Part shown: positions 46,801-59,000 of the stretch, piece after piece
Position numbering within the stretch: the stretch's first letter is position 1
Layout: each line of letters begins with the position of its first letter
Assembly: GCA_030704615.1 (NCBI GenBank)
Contig: CM060731.1
Location: 46,624,001-46,688,000 of the forward strand
Source of the DNA: Takakia lepidozioides
Lineage: Eukaryota > Plantae > Bryophyta
Direction: 5' to 3'
Length of the DNA stretch: 64,000 nucleotides
Program-made: the position numbers and the translations under genes
Notes under the pieces: model-generated
What the model saw: only the letters and a program-made list of their open reading frames with translations
Told to the model about the DNA's origin: nothing
Database searches by the model: none

Positions 46801-49718
46801 TATGGCTTTCCAAGAAGGACTTGCTTGCGCCAAGAGCAATTGCAGATGTTGTTGCGGATGGGTTTCTCCCGAACTCCTGTTTAATCAACCTCGACACTGT
46901 CTCAACACTCTCCCTGTAATCCCCCTTCGAGACAGGATGGTTATGGAATCTGAAATGCACACAAGCTCTTGTCATTGTTTTCAAACGGTGGACAACATAG
47001 TACATTCTTGCTCTGCAGAGCGCCAAGCAGGATGGCACAAGTTTGCAGAATTTGCAGACGAAAGTGTTTGCCGGTGGTGGGGCAGTCCCAGGCCGAAATG
47101 GATTTTCCGCCAGACCCTCCCATTCGCTTTGATTATGAACCCCAGACTGAAGAAAGTGTCTGCAATTCAAATTATCACACCTAAGGTGTCCATTGCAAAC
47201 TGTTCTCCTGAAAACAAGCTTGTCATCATTCTGAATATTGGATGTTTTTGTTCTGCACCACGGGTGCCCGTCGTGTTTCTTGTCCATTCCATGCATCACG
47301 ATTGTTACACCTCCAACTCGCGGAGGAGGAGGCAGCTCAAATAGGATATCGCCATCAAAAGTCTTTGGCAAGAACTTCACAGGCACCTGCTTCAAAGATT
47401 CCCAATCAATTCCTCGCAACTCACTTTTGAATCCAGCCATTCCTCCCATCGCCCGTAGTTTTGGAATGACACTACAAATTTCTTCTTCATCAGCTTCTCC
47501 AACCACAGTAGGAAGGACTAGATTTGGAATTTCACTTATGTCATCATCGGACGAATCCGAAAGCTCAACAATTGGAGTGGAGGACGTCTGTTCTTTTTTC
47601 ACCACCACCTCCCTCTTGTCTTCAACGACCGAAGCAGCAGTCCCGGGCGTCACATATGACCCAAGGGACTTTCGCCGAGGCTCTCCAAGTACTCTGTATC
47701 GACCAGGGCGCACTCTCCACTGGCTTAGGGTGTATTTATTGGTTCCTTGTTCAGAATTTTGTGAATGGCGTTGACGCCATTCACATCCAGTGTTATTATG
47801 AGGTCCTCAGTGTTATGTTCGTTATGAATGTCCATTGAGTTTTTAGGGAGGGTTCCTTACTCGAGTTTCTGAATGTCGGTGCCGACATTCAGTTTCCCTC
47901 CAATGATTTTGCCTCTTTTGAGAAATCATTAGGCTTGATTAGCAGTGTATTCACAAATCCAAAGTGAATGTCGTTGATGACATTCACTTCTATGTCTGTG
48001 TCATTCCAAAGCGAGAGTTTGCATTCACGTGGATTAGGGTGTATTTGCAGTATCATTGAATGGAATTTTTTGAATGGCGTTGACGACATTCACATCCGGA
48101 GTTGTCGCGTGGTCCTGAAAGGTCCTTGGAGCAGTTCTCAGAGCCATTTCATTCCATGTTTTTTTCATTCTGTGCTACTTGAATCTTACTCACTTCGCGC
48201 TTTGGTGGGTTGGGATTTATCTCCTGTTTAACAGGTACACGAAATATGTGCTTATGGAAGGAAATCACCTGAGCGGTATCCAAGACTATCTTGACATGTG
48301 GTCGGACCCTGCAAACGATCCAACCATGTATACTGCAGGGATATTGAAGGACTGGAGTCCTTCTCACTTCAGAGACTGTGGCTAGTACCTTGACTGCCCA
48401 CCGGAGCACACGACCTTTCAAGAACAGCACATGAAATATTTGAACAATAATGCTGAGATGCTGGCGCCTCTGACTGACGAGTAGTACCAAAGAAACATAA
48501 CAACATTGGCTGCCAAGGAGCCTGATGCTCAGGGAACACCGCAGAAGGGAAGAAGGCGGGCCGCAAACCAAAAGACAAGGCTCTTGATGTCATAGCCATC
48601 TCACCAGCAAAGCCAAAGGACAAAGACAAGTCCAAAGAGAAGGAAAATGACAAGGGGAAGGAGAAAGAAAAGGAGATGGAGAGTGGGCAGGACTTCACTG
48701 CCGGAAGATATACCCGCACAGTTCACTGCGTGTTCGATGCCAAGCCACACCCTTCCCGTTCTGATTCGGCAGGAGAGATTAAAATTGTCAATGAGGGTTG
48801 GCTGGCGATGAAGCAGAGTCGAAAGAGAGGATACACTGGGGTGCCTTCGCCTACCTGGGACAACATAATCTCATTCCTCAATCTGGTGAGAATTCCAGTT
48901 TCTTTCCTTTTTCTCTGAAAGTTTCATTGGCAGTATTTCAGTCTGGTTCTTTGAAAACATTCTTGCCATCGTTCTTAAAATAAACATGTCTGTTGCAGGT
49001 GAGCACAGGTCCCACTTTCGTGTGCGGTGTGCAGAAAACATATGCGGCTGACATTGTCATTCTCGACATCCCGGATGGCCAGGCTGTGCCAGAAGTTCTT
49101 CCAAAGGGCAAGACGCCAGGCTGGAACAAATTCGAGGACAACTACTGGAGTTGGGTGTTCGGGTTCTGTAATTGCTGTCATCTACAGTGTATTCATGCGT
49201 GCTCCATTCATGAATGTTTTCCTTTGCTCAACATCCATTGTACATTCATCCTCTGTACTCTTTAATCCACCCCACAAACCTACCACACTCATGTCATATA
49301 CGTTGTGCATTCGTCTAAAGTTTTAGTCATGCATCTTCCTGTCATGAATGTTTTTCATTGCTCAACATCCATTATACATTCATTCATTTGACTCTTATCC
49401 ATCCCTCATTCATCCATCTACATTCATTTTTCACACTCATCCATCTGTTTATCATCCAACTGTACATTCATCCATCCTTTATTCATCTGTTGCTTTCAGG
49501 TGGGAATGACCACTGCCTTTTATTATGTCGTCCAACTTGTTTCCACGGTAAAGGGTGCCAATCCGCGGGAATACACTCCACTTCTTCCTGGGCGCGTGGT
49601 GACGCGGTCTTCAAGTGTGATGATGTGGAGTGAGCCCCGTGATGTGGCATTGGCGCAAGGTGACGTGGCGTGAGCGTAGTTGCGCTCACGTGACCAGGCT
49701 CACGCCGAGGCATCCTTG
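43833..49718 (-). mobile_element. Internally deleted 5.9-kb copy of the ParB/MTase MULE, inverted relative to 8733-20185
   Basis: 9-bp TSD CAAGATGTA (43824-43832, 49719-49727) and the same termini. Lacks the equivalents of ~12060-16268 and ~9255-10697. Type-B palindromes at 47761, 47869, 47964 and 48070. Confidence 0.92.
44430..47725 (-). pseudogene. MULE transposase (GCM-like, DDE, SWIM), 5'-truncated
   Basis: ORFs 46094-47713, 45233-45859 and 44712-45434 are near-identical to 16265-19566. Confidence 0.85.
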
Positions 49719-49856
49719 CAAGATGTAATAGCCACAGCTGTACTAAGTCCTCTATCACTGTCCCTATTGTACTCAAACTCTATAGACCAAGAGGCCGGGT
49801 ACAAGAGTAGCCCCATCGTTAGTCGCCGTTTTGCAATCTGTGAACTTGAGCCAGGA

Positions 49857-50916
49857 CCTGGGGGGTGCACCCCAGCCAACCTGTACCAGCCACGTGCGTG
49901 CACAGGAGGGGGTATTTTTAACCCCCCCATGTACAACATTATACATACTTAGGGGGGATAAGCAACACCTTAAATATAAGTCTACAACAAGGGATTAGCA
50001 TGATTAGGAGGGTAACGTAGTGGTAAGGGTCACCATTGATACGACTCTCATCGTGGGTTCAAATCTCACGGTGTCTTGAATTTTTCGAAAACTTTGAAAA
50101 TATGTATATATCACAATGCAAATTTGAGCTCAAGACCACCTACACACCATGACCAACTCCATACCACTAGACTGGTCCACAATTCTTGAACCAATCATAA
50201 TGATAAACAATAATATACAATAAAGACAATATTTTGTTTTGTATCATTGTTGAGATCTCCCCAACCGCGGGGCCCCAGCCCTGGTGTTTGGTACCATTGG
50301 AAAGCCCTCGATGAGGAGGGGTGCACTGGCTTGGTATCATAATTTTGGAACTTGCGGTGTGGGAGATATGAAATTTCAAGTACTTTTGGTCGTTGGAAAC
50401 TCGCGAAAAATAGCAAAATGGGCTTTCTTGCAACAATTACTGGCCATTTATTTATCCTTTGTACACGGGGACATAATTGGGTTTTTTTTTCAAATATGGC
50501 ATGAACACAATATTGTTTGTAGGGTCCTTGAGATCTCCCAAACTGCAGGGCCTCTAGCCACGATTTTGGTACCATTGGAAAGCCCTCAATGAGTATGGAT
50601 GCACCGACTTGGTTTCATAAAATTTGGACCTACATAGTAGTACAGGCCGAGGTCTGTTTTTGAATAAACTTGATTAAAAAAAACATATACATATTTGAGG
50701 GTATTTTTTAATGATTCAAAAAAGAAATATACATACAGCAGGGGGTACTTTTTTAAAATTACAAATTTCTATATATTTACAGGAGGGGATTTTATAATCT
50801 TCAAAATGTATGTACAGAGGGGGTATAAATGATCCAAGGACCCGTATACAGGGGGTTTTTTATTAGGCGGCGAACGCACGTGATACGGACATTTTATAAA
50901 GAGTGCACCCCCCAGG
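49857..50916. mobile_element. Non-autonomous DNA transposon/MITE (1060 bp) in the 3' region of the Gypsy element
   Basis: 14-bp TIR CCTGGGGGGTGCAC and TSD AGCCAGGA (49849-49856, 50917-50924). Internal duplicated TTGGTACCATTGGAAAGCCCTC motif. Confidence 0.85.
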
Positions 50917-50999
50917 AGCCAGGATCTCGTGTGTTCAAGGTCTTCTAGTAGCTTGGCCTTGCATTTCTTGTTAGCCTTCCATGGTTGTATCCACTCCCA

Positions 51000-52290
51000 C
51001 TATCCAATGCAATGCGGACATAACCAATCCCCATCAGGAACCATCTCAAGAGGTGGAGTCAAACATCCCATATGCCAACCTCTAAAGCATCGATCACACA
51101 CCAGCATGGTGGCTACCCCTCTAGCAGACCCACACAACATGCACCTCAAACTTGCAGGTACCACTACCAGGTTTGGGTCAATCTTGCCATCGACATTCGG
51201 AAGGTGACATGGCACACAATTACGCACATGGTCCTTCCAAGTTATGCCATCCCGACCCTCCAAGATCAAGACGCCTGAGGGCAATACCTCTCGAACCCTC
51301 AAAATAACACGTCATGCAGTCACATCCAAGGTCGTAGGAGCAGTCTGCTGCAGATAAATGTAGTCGCCAGGGTTAAATCTCCGGATCCCAGGACGATAGC
51401 CCCCACCACGTATGGTAGCATACCTCAACGTATCACGATGTTGCGCAATGGCAAGATTCTCGAAAAACATGGACATGAGTTTCTTGAACAACTCTGCACG
51501 CTGATCACATACACATGCCCACACGTCCGGATCATCAAGGTTAAGAACTGTAGCAGCTTCTCTACGAATGGATGTAGGCAAATCTGGCTCTCGGCCAAAG
51601 AGAAGAAAGTATGGTGAGAAGGAGGTAAGTGATGCTTGCTTGCTGAACCTGTAGCCCATGGCTAACCAGGGTAACTGAAGGTCCCAATCTCCTAGGTGTC
51701 CCTTCTGCAAGCCATACTTGCGCAAACCCCTCTTTACTGTCTGAACAACCCTCTCTGCCAAGCCATCGGCCTCAGGATGATCCCGAGAAGTGGTGCGGTG
51801 GTCTACCAAGGCCTTGTCACACAAAGCCTTAAACTCCCCCAAGAACTCTCTCCCTTGGTCCGTGAGTACCTCAGCTGGAGCACCGAATCGGCTAAGTACA
51901 CAATCCAAGAATGCATACGAAGCTCCCACACTAGCCTTATCAGGCAATGGAACCAACTCGATCCACTTGGAGAAGTGCTCCACCATCACCAACATGTACT
52001 TGTTGTGGCGCATGGTCAATGGCAATGGCCCTGTGAAGTCAAGACTCCACTTGTAGCCCAATCCCATGATCGGAAGAGGGTGCAATTGTGGAGTAGGGGC
52101 GTTGAATGAAGCACGCACCCTGTCACACACCATGCACCTAGCCACAAATTGTTGCACCTCTGTGTGCATACCACGCCACCAATACTGCCCCTGCAGTAGA
52201 CTATGACTGCGTCACACCCCAAAATGCCCCAACTCCTCATGGGCATGCCGCACTAACCGTGCCCGCTGTGTTGGGGGAGGCATGATCCTC
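51000..52290 (-). pseudogene. Gypsy integrase (H2C2, rve core) with C-terminal PHD finger
   Basis: WSLDFTGP...VLTDQGREF...ADGLAERVVQTVK, then CMLC...CDRCFRGWHMGCLTPPLEMVPDGDWLCPHC (C4HC3). Confidence 0.9.
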
Positions 52291-54003
52291 ACTCGACCAT
52301 CCTCCCACACTTGAAGCAGGTGTGTCCCCTCCCACTTGAACCTCTTGGCTCATTGTAGGATCCGATCCCTCTCCTTGTCACAGTGGCTGCCGTGTCTCCA
52401 ATGCGGAGGTAGTCCAATACAGCTGAATCCTCATGTATATCTTTGGTGCCACCTTGCTCATTGCTGGCCTCAGGGTCCTCAGACACTTGATCTACAGTCA
52501 TCCCTATTGCAGGTCCAACCTGACCTTCCGCTACCAAGATACACAGAAATGCAGATGCATGCCATCTGGGCACCATTTCCTCGTCCGTCTCACCATGCAA
52601 CCGAGCTCCAGTGTCATTCTGCTGGATCGTGCATGGATTACGACTCAACCCATCTGCATCCCGATTGACCAAACCCGGTCGATGCACAACTTGAAAGTCA
52701 TACTCTTGAAGGATGAGTGCCCACCGTGCAAGCTTCCCCGTAAGCTTGTCTGACTCCATCAACCACTTGAGTGGTTGGTGATCCGTGACAATGGTGAAGA
52801 GATTGCCGTATAGATAGCACCTGAAGTGTGCCACGGCCACATTGCAGCTAAGCATTCTCCCTCATATGAGCTATACTTAGACTCTGCAGTGTTATTCGAG
52901 CGGCTAGCATAAGCCACTACGAACTCTCTTCCCTCATCATCCACCTATGTGAGCACCGCTCCAAGCCCCAGCATGCTCCAATCTGTATGCAGCTGAAAAT
53001 GACGCCCCCTGATAGGTCGTCTCAAGATGGGCGCCGAGGTCAACCTCGCCTTGAGCTCTTGAAAAGCTTGTTCTTGCTCATCTTCCCACTGCCACTCCTG
53101 GTCCACCTTGGTCAGTTTGGTTAGAGCCTTTGCAATGGCACTAAATCCCTTAACAAACCGTCTATAATAGTTTGCTAACCCCATGAAAGCTCGAACTCGG
53201 CTCACATCCGTGGGGCGTGGAATTTGTGCAATGGACTCTACCTTAGTCTGCTGTACCCCTAATCCTCCAGAATATATCATGTGACCCAGATACTCAATTT
53301 GGTTGTGGAAAAACTTGCACTTCCCCGGATGTAACTTCAATCCGTGCGCCCTCAAGCACTCAATTATCACCTGAAGGTGTCTCTCATGCTCCTCCACCGT
53401 AGCACTAAAGATGATGATGTCATCTATGTAGCACCGAGCAAACTCCACCCCTGTTAGAATCCTGTCCATGACTCTTTGAAACTCTGCCGGAGCGTTTTTA
53501 AGCCCAAATGGTAAGAACCGCCACTGGTATAGGCAATCCTTCCCGTGCTCATTGATCCCCCAGAATGCCGTTTTCTGCTTATCCGCCTCCTTGATCGGCA
53601 ACTGGTGATATCCGGATCGTAAATCCAAAGTGCGAAAGACCTTGGCATGCCCAATGGCATCAAAGATCTCATCTGGTGTCGGCATGGCATACCTATCGGA
53701 CTTGGTCTGACGATTTACAGGCCGATAATCACCGCACATACGTCTCTCCGTCCAATTGCCATAGACATCATTCTTGGCTGGCATCACTATGGTTGAAGCA
53801 TACTCTCCCCCAGATAGCTCCACCAAACCAGCCTCCCAAAGGTCATGAGTTCTCATCTGAATCAAGGACCTCTCCATGTCACTGTATCTATAGGGTCTCC
53901 GAAAGATTGGCGTGTCAGTAGCCAATTCAATGCGAATCTCTTGACCCTTTAGTGCTCCTAAGTCCTTCAAACTGAAGGCAAAGCAGTTCATGTAAGCCCT
54001 CAA
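52289..54003 (-). pseudogene. Gypsy reverse transcriptase and RNase H
   Basis: RMCGDYRPVN, LDLRSGYHQ, PFGLKNAPAEFQR, CYIDDIIIFS, LHTDWS, VTDHQPL and NRDADGLSR. Confidence 0.92.
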
Positions 54004-54399
54004 GAACCGCCGTATATGTCGTCTTTCTCCTCCGCTGACTATAGGTCCAACATCAGGCTCCCAGTTGTCCTCCGTGACTGCAACCTTGAATCCAGCAGGC
54101 TTAGAGGTAGAAGACGCGTCCCGTGGTTGCTATGCTGCAACCTCTTGAGCAGTGACCACTGCCTCCTCTGTCAGTGACAATGTCTCATCCTGCCCCATCA
54201 TCCCATCCTTGAGGACCTCCTCAATCCGAGAAAAATCCCCAACCTCATCCATCACGGCCGCCTTGGCTGCCAACTCCGTTTGAACCTCGAGCACCTCCCA
54301 CATGTGCCATGGATGCGGCCTGCACCTCATGGTCCTCACCTGTTTGCACCCACTCGCTGCCTGTACCGTCTCTTTAGGCAGGGAGACCATCAAAGGAAG

Positions 54400-55455
54400 T
54401 GTACTCCATACTCGGCGCTGCTCAGCCATAGCCAAGCTGATAATCCAGGTCAAGCAATTGAGATCCATTGCTTGCCCCAACACCTGACGACGTGATGCCT
54501 CAGAAAGAGATGGCACCACCGTGGTACCAGTGGTAAAACCCATCGCCCGCTCGCGCTCGTCAGCATTGGGCTCCACTAATTGGTGCAACTGGCTATCCCA
54601 CAAGAGGTCAGGTCCACCATCCCGAAAAGCATGGGATCGTGGAAAACTGAGCAGTGTAGGCAATGCGGCTCGTGGGTGATCCACCTTATTGACCACTGCC
54701 AAAGGTGATCGGTCATCGTGTCTCACACGCTGAGACTATCTCCCTATGTCCAAAATGCTATCCACCGTCAGGTGTGGTGGCCGCTGCACCCCATCAAATG
54801 CACACTTGAGCAGTGCAGGTGGCATCAAGTTGGTCCACCATAGTCGTGGGCGATGAGCCTGTGACCCCACTGCAGCTGCATCCAACAACACTGCTAACCC
54901 AAGCCAAGATCGCACTTGATGCACACTGGCCATTACCTTGGCCCGAGAATCACCCATCAATGGCACATTCTCCAAGATATATGATGGAGAGTCTGTCTGC
55001 TGAAGTTGTAAATAGCGTAGGATCCTCAACATTTCCCAAAACAGGCGTGACCTTGAGTCGTGTAACCCATTGCCGTGCCCGGTTGATGAATGCCCTTGGC
55101 AGGGCCAACCTGCCACTACCAAGTGAAGAGGGTCAACCCCCTCCAAACCATGCGCCCCCAGCAAAGAGATGTCTGCTCGCAATGCTTGTTGGTATCCACG
55201 AACTGCAGACACTGGCAACAAATCTGGGTACTGTTGCACCAATTGAGCAACATGGCGCAGTGAGACGCGTCGTGCAGTCTCATCCCTCTCCACATACAGG
55301 TAACATCGAACTCGTACACCTGCCTGCAGCACTGCAGCCAATCCAGTGCTGATCCTGCCAAACAAGTCCAGAAGGCATATGCCTTCATCCGGGCACTGCC
55401 ACACAAGAGTTGTGGTGTCCAATGGCGACAACTGAGATGGTCCTGGTGCAATCAC
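54400..55455 (-). pseudogene. C5-cytosine DNA methyltransferase domain embedded in Gypsy pol between protease and RT
   Basis: Motif I LLDLFGRISTG, IV VAGWPCQGHS (catalytic PC), VI ILENV, VIII HRPRLWWTN, IX ERERAMGF and X RRQVLGQAMD. In-frame TAG at ~54736. Confidence 0.88.
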
Positions 55456-56032
55456 CGCACTCTCCTCCTCTCCTGACGGTACGAAGGCCTCTACCCAGGC
55501 TTATTGCACCTGTCTATCAGCAGCTTGCTGCAAATCCTTGCTCGTACCCCACAATGGAGTGTGAGCAACCATGGCAGGCAACTCCGCCGTACCATGCATG
55601 TCATCCTGCTCTGCTGGAGGTGGCATATCCTCTGCATGGGCATTGCCCTCCAGCAACTCTCCAGGCCAACTAACTGCAGCTGTGAAGGCTGCTAGTGTTG
55701 GCATCTTGCCCCGCTGGGCAGCAACAACACCCCCAATGAATGTCACAAGGAGTTGTACACGATGACCATCCCCTGACTGCCATCCAGGCCTGTAGGATGA
55801 TGACTCCTCCCAAAAATCCAGGGTGAAGCCCATGGGATATAACACTGCCCCACCAACAAGGACATCGTAAGAGACCGCATCTGTCACAATGGCCTTGGCT
55901 CGCATCACTGAGCCATCTATCTATAGGATGATCCGGCTGTAGTCTAATGGCCAACTCACGCCATGTCAAGCCCCGAGCCTGCTCTGATCCTCCCAGAGAT
56001 GTATGTATCTGGAAAGAACAAGGCTCCATATC

Positions 56033-59000
56033 TGTCGCGCGGCTTTTATTCACCCATCCCTTCGCTATTCGAGGCGGAAACTCCAAGATAGAAGAGTTGG
56101 AAATCTCTAAGTACTCAGCCCGCGCAGAACAATCAGTCATGACCTACAGCTAGTGTATCATGGGGGTGTTTCCTATTTGTTTCCCTTTTGGTATTCATGT
56201 TAGCTATCTTACCATTGATAATTAAATATCAGTTTGCTTTATCAATCTATTGGATTCCATCCGCTCATCCATTCATTTCACAGCTTCACTCAGATCTCTC
56301 TACACAGTGTGATTGTATCGTAAAAGTATCCGATTATGATTTATCAGGTATCAGGCCGAAGCCATTGTGTCTCTAATCTGCTCTACAATATCATTACAGC
56401 CTTGCCTATATCAAGCATCTACTCATCATCTCTCTATCTTCACTTCCGTTCGTCATCTCTACCCGATCCCCTCTCCTCTATCACCCAGAAGTCCTCCTCC
56501 GAATCCTCTATCACCAAGAAGTCCCCTTCCGAATCCTCCGTTTCTCCCTTTATCTTCCTATCCGCGGTTCTAACCGTTTCCCTCACTAACCGTCGTCTGT
56601 GAACTAACATGTTCCCTTCGCAGGTGTTGTTCCCCACAGTCGTTCCCTGTCCTACTCTTCGTTCCCTGTCCTACTCTCGTTCCCTATGATCGTGACAGCT
56701 GTGTCAAGCTGTGACTGGCTGTGTGAAACTGTGACGGGCTGGGACTGGCTGTGTGACTGTGTTTGGCTGTGTCGGGCTGTTGTGTGTGTGACAGCTGTGT
56801 CAAGCTGTGACTGGCTTGTGAAACTGTGACGGGCTGGACTGGCTGTGTGACTGTGTGTCGGCTGTGACTGGCTGTGTCGCTGTGTCGGCTGTGTTTGTGT
56901 GTGACGACGACTGTGACGGGCTGTGTTGGCTGTGTCGGCTGTGACGACTGTGACGGGCTGTGTTGTGCTGTGTGTAACCCCCCTACAGTGCGCTGCTGTC
57001 ACCCCTAAGGTCCTCTTGGTCTCAGTCTGTGCAAAAATTAAGGGTACCCTACAGATCCCGTATAAGTGTCTAAGTCCCCGACAGTCCTCTAACATTACCC
57101 CTTCCCCCCTCAAAAAGCCGTGTCCTCACGGTTTACTGATTTCGACTAGCAAACCTTTGTGAGTGAGCACCTTCTTGACGTTGAGAGTTTCGAGGCGGAC
57201 TGTGTGTACGAGAGCCCGAGGTCTGTCTCTGGTTGACGGAGATGGTTTGATCACTACCTGGATAAGTGAGGCCCTCTAGAGGCTGATATGGAGGTAACCT
57301 TTCCGGCATAGGAGACCCCTTCGCTTCTTCTCTGCCATCTGAACTGCATAGTCTTCTCCCATGTCAAAGAATTCGGTGAAGAAACAGTTGTATCAGAATC
57401 CTCATCGCCTCTCAGGTGTCTTAATTTTCGAACTTTTTGTGGAATCATCTGGGGCATACAATGCTGTCCTACCATGTCTGGAAGTTTGTATTTTACAACT
57501 TGGTGTAACCGCTGACAAAATTGGTGTAGACACTGAGCTCCTTGTCTGTCCAGGTGAGTGGGGTACCAATTACTGGTGCAGCGTGCAAGTACTTCCATGC
57601 CACATGTCCCTTATAGAAAATGTCATCAATGCCGAATTTCTGTGTTGACAAATGGTTCCAGGCCGCTTGAAACCATGAACGAATTGAGAATCCTTTTGCA
57701 TCATAACTTTTGGGTCATATAGGTACATATGAGGTGGCACCGAAGGTAATACCCAATGATCTCCACTGGAATAACTCAGAAAGCGTGTTTGCATCTTTTG
57801 TTGTTCAATGTGGTAACGTACCAGAAAACAAGCAGCGTAGTATAACCCGCACCCCATGACAATACTTGTTATCTCCTTGGTCTTGGTATAAATGAGTCCA
57901 TGTACAACCTGGAAAGCAATCAATTCCCTCAACATGGTACCTGCCTCGTGCCAGTATTGTGCAAAGTGATGATCTTCAATATGTCGATTGTTCGGAAGAA
58001 CTTTAGTCCTAGTTGCCACTGGCAGCCAAATACGCATGATTTGGTAGTAATGTGCGAATGACTGCGGAGGACTAAATTCTTTCCAAGCCAAATCCAACAT
58101 GATGGGAATTTGGTTGAAGGGCATAATCAGCCCTACTGTACTCCCTTGCAGCTGGAGTTTTAGGTGGGTTAAAAGCGGCATTGCCCCATACCTCCGCTGT
58201 GGTGGCTGTGGTGTGGTTGTAGTAACCACAGGTTCAGCTACTGGTACAGTGACTTGTTGTTGTGGTGGTGGTACTGGCTCTTGTATCATTGGCATTTCCT
58301 GCACCTCCTGTGAAGACTGAAAAGCCAAAGTTCTGGCTTGTAAATAAGAAGCCATTAGCTGTTCCTGAGGGATATAGACTCTTTGGTCGATGTTTGAAGT
58401 GAGGTCTTCCACTTGAGTCTGGAGTCCGTCTACATCCTCTTGTAACTCTGCTATCCTACTATAGACATTGTCTATAGTAGTTGTGGCAATGTTCTGCACC
58501 TGCAGCCTGAGCTCATTCATCTCGCTTTGGGTGAGCTTCCGTGGTGCTTTGCCCTACTGGCCCTTGTGCTAACCAGACCTGCATAAGGCTGTTATCCACC
58601 AAGTTGCTTGTGGTTCCCCTGAGAGTTTGCTCCTCTCTTAGCTTGTACAATTCCAACTGCTGTTGTAAAGCCTCCATGCGCTTTGCCTGAGGTTCAACCA
58701 ATTGCGCATAAGCAGCAAGTAGATTATTGGCTTCCTTCCAAGCCTTGTTATTGACCGCGATTTCATTTCTATTGGCCATGATGGTTTGTTGCAACTCCAC
58801 GATGTGCTTCTCTTGATCAGCTTCAATCTGCCTGTATTGCTTGAAAGTATCTTCATTGCGACAGATTGTATTCTTCATATCGACAATGAGCTTCATTTGC
58901 TCAACATTCTCTTCTTCTGCCTTCGTACATTTTTCCGCTTGACTGTTTATTTCTTTTGTAGATTGGTCAAGCATAGTTGTAAATGTAGCACATTGTATCG

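Larger units (their letters stand above)
43259..56032 (-). mobile_element. Ty3/Gypsy LTR retrotransposon with C5-DNA methyltransferase and PHD finger (5' part cut off at 56033; two nested insertions)
   Basis: Order on minus strand: protease C-half (~56030-55770), DNMT, RT (YIDD), RNase H, integrase, PHD, PPT AGGGGGGCGAT (43777-43787), then a TG...CA LTR-like region (43776-43259). Confidence 0.85.

Noticed and set aside
16053-47725. Large chromosomal inverted duplication of 16-20 kb and 44-48 kb
   Set aside because: Homology stops at the element termini and each copy has its own 9-bp TSD, so these are independent insertions.
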